A stretch of 6,509 nucleotides of DNA. Origin: Octopus sinensis. Its lineage: Eukaryota. Within the stretch, counting starts at the first letter, position 1; each line of letters opens with the position of its first letter. Positions 1 to 6,509 of the stretch are shown here, in pieces. The notes under the pieces are model-generated. The model searched no databases. It was not told the origin of the DNA and saw nothing but the letters and a program-made list of their open reading frames with translations. A program made the position numbers and the translations under genes. The stretch covers positions 1 to 6,509 of the forward strand of contig NW_021829319.1 in assembly GCF_006345805.1 (NCBI RefSeq), written 5' to 3'.

Positions 1-194
1 CAGCGTACATGTGCATATATATTACTTGTACGAATGTGCTCGTGTGCGAGGGAGGGAGTCGTGTGTGTGTTGTGTGTGTTTGTGTGGTGTGTGTGTGTGA
101 GTGTGTTGGTGTGTGTGTTTGTGTGTGTGTGTCCGCGTACATGTGCATATATGTGTACTTGTACGAATGTGCTCGTGTGCGAGGGAGGGAGTCG

Positions 195-226
<32 letters not shown>

Positions 227-298
227 AGTGTATGTGTCAGCGTACATGTGCATATATGTGTACATGTACGAATGTACTCGTGTGCGAGGGAGGGAGTC

Positions 299-362
<64 letters not shown>

Positions 363-385
363 GTGTGTGCGTGCGTGCGTGTGTG
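1..385. repeat. Compound minisatellite: three ~60-bp conserved units separated by variable (GT)n-rich spacers
   Basis: Unit c(a/c)gcgtacatgtgcatatat...gtacgaatgt(g/a)ctcgtgtgcgagggagggagtc occurs at 1-60, 133-193 and 238-298, with only a few substitutions. Spacers are GT-rich (72 and 44 nt), followed by a (GT)n/(GCGT)n run to ~385. The array may continue left of the window. Confidence 0.92.
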
Positions 386-401
386 GGCATGTATCACTTT
401 A

Positions 402-454
402 AGATGACTGATGATGGCCACACGTGTGGGTCAAAGTTCAGCTGATTGTTATTT
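402..454 (+). ncRNA. Degenerate type I hammerhead-ribozyme-like motif (relic)
   Basis: CTGATGA at 408-414; stem II built on the palindrome ccacacgtgtgg (418-429); AAA at 433-435 with the G of GAAA missing; near-palindromic stem III agt(t)cagctgatt (435-447); stem I agatga (402-407) / ttattt (449-454) with two G-U pairs. AATAAA follows at 463-468. The cleavage-site base would be G (448), which is non-canonical. Confidence 0.3.
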
Positions 455-549
455 AATCGTACTAATAAACCAAAGAGTTGTTAGTGAATATAGCTCAGAA
501 TCGTTTTGCTTTACAGATTTACCTGTGAAACACTGAAGCAAGCAACTGA

Positions 550-780
550 ATACATATACATACACACATACATACATACACGCATGCTTACTTACATACA
601 TGTATTTATACATACATCATACATACATACATACATACATACATACATACATACATACATACACATATATTCACATATAAATACATATATGAATATAAAC
701 ATACACATTAATATACACATATTTATACACACACACACACACACATTTATATATAGACATATATATGTACCTACATAGAT
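550..780. repeat. (CATA)n / degenerate (CA,TA) microsatellite
   Basis: Pure CATA run at ~618-662 inside a degenerate tract. Confidence 0.95.
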
Positions 781-859
781 GATAGATAGGTGTCTATATG
801 CAGGTGTGTGTTTGTGTAATGATAAATGACTGTGCTATCTAACCATATGTACGTGTGTA

Positions 860-890
860 TCTACCTATCTATCTATCTGTCTATCTATCC

Positions 891-929
<39 letters not shown>

Positions 930-930
930 C

Positions 931-969
<39 letters not shown>

Positions 970-982
970 ATCTATCCTCTAT

Positions 983-1015
<33 letters not shown>

Positions 1016-1038
1016 CATCTATTTATATATCTACTATC

Positions 1039-1078
<40 letters not shown>
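860..1078. repeat. (TATC)n microsatellite
   Basis: Long, near-perfect TATC/CTAT tandem array. Confidence 0.97.
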
Positions 1079-1082
<4 letters not shown>

Positions 1083-1118
<36 letters not shown>

Positions 1119-1227
1119 TGTGTGTGTGTGGTGTGTGTAGGTATGTATGTATGTATATAGATGTATATATAATACATACATATATATATACACATACATA
1201 CACATACACATAAAGATATATATATAT

Positions 1228-1288
<61 letters not shown>

Positions 1289-1360
1289 CAAATAATTTAT
1301 ATAATATATATATAAGTACATCTGTACGTGTGTATGAATGCATATATATATGTATACGCT
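1083..1360. repeat. (TA)n-dominated compound microsatellite with (TG)/(TATG)/(CATA) segments
   Basis: Pure TA runs at ~1083-1111 and ~1230-1280, with degenerate dinucleotide and tetranucleotide repeats between them. Confidence 0.95.
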
Positions 1361-1480
1361 AGCACACCTACGTATGCGTGCGTGCACCGTTAGCATTAAA
1401 TATAGCTACGAATGTGTTTAATGGCAGAAAGAGGAAGAAAAGGAAAGTGTAAAATACAAGATTAGCATGGAAAAGAAGAA

Positions 1481-1495
1481 GAGGAGAGAGAGAAA

Positions 1496-1537
<42 letters not shown>

Positions 1538-1550
1538 TGTGAGAGTGAGA
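1481..1550. repeat. (GA)n / purine-rich tract
   Basis: (GA)n run at ~1502-1530 within a purine-rich stretch. Confidence 0.93.
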
Positions 1551-1619
1551 GGAACATGGTCACATCAAATGACAGTTTCCAGAATAACGACAAAACATGA
1601 AAGAGATGTTAATGTTGGG

Positions 1620-1770
1620 TCGGCGTTGGTAATGGAAATGTGGTGTGTGACGTCAAGCACAGCAAACCAGCTGCCGCCATACGTAGAGCCTGGCCAATAT
1701 ACACACAACATGCTCAGGTGTAAAGATGGACGCGCGTATTTATGCATAGATGGACGTGTCGGCGCGCGTG
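1620..1770. promoter_or_regulatory. CpG-retaining unique segment with candidate cis-motifs (CRE, E-box, CCAAT)
   Basis: TGACGTCA at 1648-1655, CAGCTG at 1668-1673, CCAAT at 1694-1698, several CG/CGCG clusters, and agatggacg twice. Motif matches only; no functional evidence. Confidence 0.2.
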
Positions 1771-1949
1771 TGTGTGTGTGTGTGTGTATACATATGTAGA
1801 TATATTGTGGCTTTATTATCGGTTCTTGTGGTTTAATTATTCAAAATTTCTCACCAATGGAGGAAGTTCCGGTTTCTAACCCAGAAACAGAATTCTCATG
1901 TTGGAATTTTGACAACATCAATCATGTAGGTATACATGTATTCATGCTC

Positions 1950-2042
1950 GTGTGTATGTGTATATAGAGGGATGCATTCGTGCATGCATGTGTGTGTGTG
2001 GTGTGTTTGTATATGTATGTATAGATCTGTATATACATATAC

Positions 2043-2084
<42 letters not shown>

Positions 2085-2202
2085 GTATGAATGTGTACGC
2101 ACGAACGTAAGTGTTCATGTGTATGTATGTATTATGTATGTATGTATTTATGTATGTATGTAGCGGTATGTATATATATATAGATATATATATATATATA
2201 TA

Positions 2203-2243
<41 letters not shown>

Positions 2244-2257
2244 ATGCGTGTGTGTGT
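1950..2257. repeat. Compound (TG)/(TATG)n/(TA)n microsatellite
   Basis: TATG arrays at ~2062-2085 and ~2120-2160; TA runs at ~2045-2062 and ~2170-2236. Confidence 0.93.
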
Positions 2258-2279
2258 AAGTATTAGGTTATCCCTCTTT

Positions 2280-2344
2280 GGTATCCTCTATTGAAGACGG
2301 CATAACGAACCAGAAATGCATCTCTGTGTCTAATAGAGGGCGCC
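2280..2344 (+). ncRNA. Type I hammerhead-ribozyme-like motif, damaged core
   Basis: Stem I cctctatt (2285-2292) / aatagagg (2332-2339), extendable to 2280/2344. Core remnant (tt)gaaga at 2291-2297. Short stem II gg/cc around cataacgaa. GAAA at 2313-2316. Stem III atgca-tctc-tgtgt with two G-U pairs. GTC triplet at 2328-2330. Inserting ACT after 2292 restores the canonical stemI-CTGAAGA. Confidence 0.55.
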
Positions 2345-2468
2345 ACTGAACTAACAATGGTTTGTATACACTTTTACCATAAGCGACTGATTTTTCTCTT
2401 CAGTAAACTAAAATGAAACCGCCTTAAGAAGTTAAGATAAATCACAAACATATTTAAACTAACGGAAT

Positions 2469-2519
2469 TTTGTCACTGAACAGGTCGCAGTCTCAAAGCG
2501 ACGAAAATATTTTGATAAA
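2469..2519 (+). ncRNA. Minimal type I hammerhead-like motif with variant core (CUGAACA)
   Basis: Stem I tttgtca (2469-2475) / tgataaa (2513-2519). CTGAACA at 2476-2482, then G. Perfect stem II gtcgc (2484-2488) / gcgac (2498-2502). GAAA at 2503-2506, palindromic loop ATAT (2507-2510), U16.1=2511, H17=2512. This is the minimal Penelope-type hammerhead topology, but canonical G8 is C. Confidence 0.6.
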
Positions 2520-2659
2520 TTAAATTTAAATGTTGAAGTAAATCTAACGGTTTTTGTGTGTTTCTTAAATGGCTTATAAAGACCTCCCACGCTGCAATTG
2601 TTTTCGTTCCAGCACACGATCTCAGATCAGGTCACTTGCATAGCAAGTACATCTCTGTA

Positions 2660-2907
2660 ATATATATATATTATATATAATATATATATATCTATATATA
2701 TATATATATTATATTATATAATATATATTATATATATATATAATATATATATATATATTATATATATCTTATATATATATATATATATATATATAACTAC
2801 ATACTATACATTTATACATACATACATACATAATACATACATACATACATACATACATACATACATACAAGCATACACACATAATACATATCATCTATCT
2901 ATTTGTA

Positions 2908-2986
<79 letters not shown>
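2660..2986. repeat. (TA)n-(CATA)n-(TA)n compound microsatellite
   Basis: Degenerate TA at 2660-2795, CATA at ~2815-2868, TA at ~2905-2986. Confidence 0.95.
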
Positions 2987-2988
<2 letters not shown>

Positions 2989-4176
2989 TCGTCTAAAATT
3001 ACGGAAAATGAAAATAACACTGACATCTTATTTTATCAGATATCTTGAAATACTAAAGAGTAAACTTATTCAATAAAATCGTCATTGGCTTCAGACATGA
3101 CCTCCAGGCCGTTTCAGAATCTCCTGCAACTACTTTACTTGTTTAAACTGGTGAATGCTGCCAAAATCCTTGCTTTGGTGTTACAAGGAGTTTCGTTGCT
3201 CTCTTGCTCAACCACGCCTTACATATAATAACCCAGGGAGTCTGTGAAGTTAGGTGGCTAGTTGTTCGGGGTGGTGTGGTCACAGAAATTGTCTGACAGC
3301 CATGACTGGGTTCTCCTGCTTGTGTGACATGATGCAGAGCCCTTTTGCCAGACACAGGGTCTTCCAACAGCCACCCTCTTGACCCAGGGCAGCACTACCT
3401 CCTCCAGGTACTCGATATAAGCCTCCGTGTTAAGTCTGAGGCCTTATGGGAAGATGAATGGAGGCATAACGTCGCTGTCACTAGTGATCACTCCAAACAC
3501 CATAATGTTGACTGGATGTTTGATTTTTATTACTCTCGGTACATGTTTTGGAGACATGGCAAGCCAACGGTTGTTCTGTTTCACCATCTGATCCTGGCAG
3601 AAACTTTTCTTGTTTGAGTAAAACCAAGGCATGTTCAGTTGGAGGGGATGCTTGAGTTTGTTGAAAAGTTTCGTAGCGCGGTCTTTCCTCTTGTCCTTGA
3701 TGACTTGGAATAAAAATTGGCCCCTTCTCATCTTGCACGAGGAATACCGAATGTCTTCATGCACAACCTGGCTGATAAGAAACTTAGACACTTCCATGTC
3801 CCTGGCGATGGACGTGATTAACTTGGACGGACCGTTGTCAATAATGGCTTGGATCTCACCAACAAATTCAAGTGTTCGTTTCATATCAGAACAATCAGAG
3901 TGAGTTTTCTGAGCTGCCATACCTGCGTAATCACCATTAAACTCATCAAAATCTTTCCGAATCCTTTGCACTGTACTCCACACACTCTGAAATGTTCGTA
4001 TTGGAACTTCCGGCGCGAATGCCAAGCATTTCGAAATTCTTGGTAATGAATTGCGTCATGGTGCTGTTTTTCTCACAAAGGGTGTCCAACTGACCCTACT
4101 ATACTGTGTAGTCGACAAAATCACAATGCGCGAAATTAAAAATATAAGATTGCCACAATTTTCCCACTGCACCCTG
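2987..4176 (-). mobile_element. Tc1/mariner-superfamily DNA transposon, probably DD37D (maT) family; non-autonomous decayed copy
   Basis: On the minus strand it starts TA|CAGGGTGCAGTGGGAAAATTGTGGC (TA at 4177-4178, TIR end at 4176) and carries a transposase pseudogene at 4059-3066. Downstream sequence runs to ~2987, where (TA)n begins and no matching second TIR is visible. Confidence 0.9.
3066..4059 (-). pseudogene. Transposase pseudogene (HTH plus DDD domain)
   Basis: Probable ATG at 4059 (MTQF...LGIRAGSSNTNISEC), then one frameshift near 3975-3985 into STVQRIRK...IARDMEVS...WFYSNKK...IMVFGVITSDSDVMPPFIFP*GLRLNTEAYIEYLEEVVLPWVKRVAVGRPCVWQKGSASCHTSRRTQSWLSDNF...N*PPNFTDSLGYYM*G...EANDDFIE*. 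Internal stops at 3444, 3258, 3219, 3135 and 3114; natural stop at 3066-3068. The track ORF 3444-4025 starts on a TTG and is only the N-terminal part. Confidence 0.93.
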
Positions 4177-4178
4177 TA
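4150..4178 (-). repeat. 5' terminal inverted repeat of the transposon plus TA target dinucleotide
   Basis: Plus strand ...ttgccacaattttcccactgcaccctg|ta. A CAGGGTG start flanked by TA is typical of Tc1/mariner/maT termini. The inner TIR boundary is uncertain because the partner is missing. Confidence 0.75.
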
Positions 4179-4182
4179 TATG

Positions 4183-4265
<83 letters not shown>

Positions 4266-4367
4266 AGATAGATAGATAGATAGATATATAAATAGATAGA
4301 TAGATAGATAGATAGATGATTAGATAGATAGATAGAGATAGATAGAAGATAGATAGATAGATAGATA
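4183..4367. repeat. (GATA)n microsatellite
   Basis: Long GATA/TAGA array; it is the reverse complement of the (TATC)n arrays at 860-1078 and 6432-6509. Confidence 0.97.
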
Positions 4368-4394
4368 TGTGTTTGCAGGGCTGTACTTATATAT

Positions 4395-4523
4395 ATACAA
4401 GAGTTAAAGACTGGTAAGATCATTCCTTAGATAAGATCCGGGCTACATATGGTTCATAGCGAACGGAACCTCAGAAACATATGTAGCCCGGATCTTATCA
4501 ACTCCATTCTTTAACTCTTGTAT
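4395..4523. repeat. 129-bp foldback (nested inverted repeat)
   Basis: Outer perfect 16-bp IR atacaagagttaaaga (4395-4410) / tctttaactcttgtat (4508-4523). Inner perfect 22-bp IR gataagatccgggctacatatg (4430-4451) / catatgtagcccggatcttatc (4478-4499). Central loop 26 nt; asymmetric internal loop of 19 vs 8 nt. Confidence 0.93.
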
Positions 4524-4574
4524 TCTTATTCGCAATGCGGGCAACCCTGGTTGCCTACTGTGAAATATTAAAAA

Positions 4575-5798
4575 AAAAACTTTTTCAATGTATCGTACTT
4601 CCATAAGAAAAAATAATCAGCAACCTTTCATCTCAATAAATCACTATTGTTCCTGAAAGTTATTTTTCTATATTTACTACGGATTTGCTTGAATCTGACT
4701 TTCTTCCTACACCTCGATCATATAGTAAAGATTAAATAATGTTTAACATCCAATATACTTTAAGTTTCAGGTTCAATAACTTACGATATTGTTTCTAGAT
4801 TGACGATGGTTTCTAAATCTTTCGAAACATAAACGCACTACAAGACATCTTCCGCAAACAATTCACCAAAATCTTTTAAATACTTAAATAGAATTGATGT
4901 ATACATTGACTTAACTACAATCAATTCTCTTGTTTTAACATTAGTTCACACCAGTTCCTAGTTATATTCCTAGTTATCGCAGTTTCTATCTATCAAAAAG
5001 AAAAAAAACAGAACTCAATTAAAACTGATGTGTGTCAATATAGGATCCAACCTTCTATTATCAATAACTTTGTTAAAAACTTAAACATACGCCTGTCAAA
5101 CATTTCTTCCGGTGAAGAAGCATTCAAAAGGGCGTTCCTCTGTTACAGCAATGCGTTATTACTGAGTGGATATAAGAATAATGTTAACAATGCAGAAAAC
5201 AAAAGCACCAGATCGCAAACCAGCAAACACCGATCACGAAACATTATTTCGTTTAACCTCATCTCCTTCAGTCTCATTGTACTCTTCCACTTTGCCGACA
5301 ACATCAAGTTATAAACACACATCAATCACAACCCCAATTAGACAAAGATATAAAACTAAGCTGAAACTGTAATCTTACTTGGTTCATCTAAATCAACTGA
5401 CATCAACACTTGAAACCTCTTACGCTTTCTCTCACAGACAACATTTTCTCCTGCTGCTGTACAACTCTACAAGATTCCCTCCAAACAGGTCTCGTTTGCA
5501 TCGTATATTGTGTCGATAGTTTTGCCAACATGAACCCCATAACCAGCCGTTACATTAGCCTTGCAGCCGACATATTCAAGTCTAAACTCAACCAACGTGT
5601 CTATTGATTGAGAAACAAAACAAAAACAAACAGAACTTCAAGTGAAATATATCAGATCTTGAAAAGCCTTGCATATAAAATGGACCTTGCAACGTCTGCA
5701 TCTCAGAAAAATTGGCCATTTTGTTTTACAAAAGAACGGCCCTAAACATATCGTCATAGTTAGTATCTTTCTATATGCACGGGTTAAATATTCGCTAA
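4575..5798 (+). mobile_element. 5'-truncated, highly decayed Penelope-like retroelement (RT C-terminal half plus GIY-YIG endonuclease)
   Basis: Colinear motif remnants across frames: HLNKSLLF (4629-4652); IDDGF*IFRN...FRKQFTKIF (DD at 4802-4807, matching RT YRDDGL); INSLVLTL (VNFLDVTL-like); QPSIINNFVKNLNIRLSNISS (5048-5110); ALLLSGY; RSRNIISFN (RNIIWFNPP-like, 5231-5257); SCCC; IVY (5500-5508)...RYIS (5548-5559, GIY-YIG); FKSK; CNVCISEKLAIL (5688-5723); LNISS*LVSFYMH. Many stops and frameshifts. The 5' boundary is approximate. Confidence 0.8.
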
Positions 5799-5968
5799 AA
5801 ATCTTGAAACCCATTGGATAATACCTCGAATCACACACGGAAGTTCAGATATCATTAAATTATCTAATTTATTCTCATAAGCATTTCTTCTTTCCTGTTA
5901 ATCTTAATATTTCTTAATCTCCGCCAATCTCATGACACTCCTCAAAACCATGCCACGATTAACCACCT

Positions 5969-5970
<2 letters not shown>

Positions 5971-6040
<70 letters not shown>
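5971..6040. repeat. (CAT)10(TAT)13 compound trinucleotide microsatellite
   Basis: CAT x10 at 5971-6000, then TAT repeats to 6040. A degenerate T/A-rich tract follows to ~6430. Confidence 0.96.
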
Positions 6041-6431
6041 TTATCTTTTTATCATACTATTCTATCTAATTTTTATCATAATTACTTTTTTCATTATTGT
6101 TGCTCTTATTAATCTTTCTATTCTAATTATGAATATATAATTATTAATTATATATATATTATTATTATATATTTATATATTTTGTATATCGCTATCAACA
6201 CATCATTTTAATTATTTTCTACTTTCGTTACTTTTATATTTCGTTTTACCTCCCTTTCATGTTTTTGATAGATTGATTTTATTACTACGTTTTTATTTTA
6301 TGTTTTTTTTATTATTATACAGCTTTCCTTTTATTATTACTCATCAATAAAGTTATTACCTACATCCATACCTAATAACTCTCGTTTCATTTTATTACAT
6401 TCATATCTATCTTAACACTGACATTCACAAC

Positions 6432-6495
<64 letters not shown>

Positions 6496-6509
6496 CTATC
6501 TATCTATCT
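6432..6509. repeat. (TATC)n microsatellite
   Basis: TATC array running off the window end. Confidence 0.96.

Larger units (their letters stand above)
2258..2659 (+). mobile_element. Short non-coding interspersed-repeat-like island with two hammerhead-like motifs (retrozyme or Penelope pLTR-like)
   Basis: Complex ~400-bp sequence sharply bounded by (TG)n/(TA)n on the left and (TA)n on the right, with no ORF. Two type I hammerhead folds (2280-2344, 2469-2519); terminal hairpins gatct-c-agatc (2618-2628) and acttgc-ata-gcaagt (2634-2648). Repetitiveness in the genome is inferred, not shown in this window. Confidence 0.55.

Noticed and set aside
1-298. CRISPR-like repeat-spacer look of the 60-bp units
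   Set aside because: Spacers are GT microsatellite, repeats are too long, the context is eukaryotic, and there are no cas genes.
504-545. Splice-acceptor-like ttttgctttacag at ~504-516
   Set aside because: No plausible donor or coding exon follows before the microsatellite; such motifs are frequent by chance.
9-1396. Numerous track ORFs rich in CV, HT, YI and IYLS repeats (also 1896-2163 and 4136-4423)
   Set aside because: They are translations of microsatellites, which lack stops in some frames; there is no coding signal.
1394-1423. AT-rich hairpin cattaaatata / tgtgtttaatg
   Set aside because: Weak, wobble-dependent stem expected by chance in AT-rich DNA.
1850-1905. Possible hammerhead relic (ccaatggagga...cca-GAAA-c-agaattct-c-atgttgg)
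   Set aside because: No CTGA core, a mismatched stem II, and at least two deletions needed to reconstruct it; not distinguishable from chance.
2355-2410. Minus-strand CTGAAGAG (plus strand ctcttcag at 2396-2403)
   Set aside because: No stem II or GAAA in register downstream.
2560-2659. tRNA-derived SINE head at the right end of the hammerhead island
   Set aside because: No recognisable Pol III A or B box (GTTCRANNC) on either strand.
3143-4046. Short ORFs at 3143-3367, 3345-3617, 3481-3738, 3631-3903 and 3849-4046
   Set aside because: They are alternative-frame or antisense shadows of the transposase pseudogene.
4531-4560. GC-rich hairpin ggcaacc-ct-ggttgcc (4540-4555) as a Helitron 3' end or terminator
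   Set aside because: No CTRR terminus at the expected distance, no matching 5' TC end, and bacterial-type terminators do not apply in this context.
4955-4977. 11-bp tandem duplication ttcctagttat
   Set aside because: A local slippage event inside the decayed Penelope relic; no functional implication.
2987-5798. RNA-guided nuclease (Fanzor/TnpB) or other cargo gene associated with the transposons
   Set aside because: No RuvC or zinc-finger motif set is seen; the mariner interval is fully explained by transposase, and the downstream region by Penelope RT and endonuclease.

Overview
Eukaryotic, non-genic, repeat-saturated window. About 40% is microsatellite: (GT)n, (CATA)n, (TATC)n/(GATA)n, (TA)n, (GA)n, (CAT)n(TAT)n. 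The microsatellite style and the transposase type suggest an invertebrate, probably a cephalopod (Octopus-like); this is inference only. No intact protein-coding gene is supported, and most track ORFs are microsatellite read-throughs. Islands between the microsatellites: (i) a dead minus-strand Tc1/mariner-superfamily element, probably DD37D/maT (~2987-4176), with one TIR left; (ii) a heavily decayed plus-strand Penelope-like retroelement (RT plus GIY-YIG, ~4575-5798); (iii) a 129-bp foldback just upstream of it; (iv) a ~400-bp island (2258-2659) carrying two same-strand type I hammerhead-ribozyme-like motifs whose predicted cleavage sites are 182 nt apart; and (v) a further hammerhead relic near 402-454. 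The hammerhead cassette (retrozyme or Penelope pLTR-like) is the most interesting signal, but every core is non-canonical, so activity is unproven.
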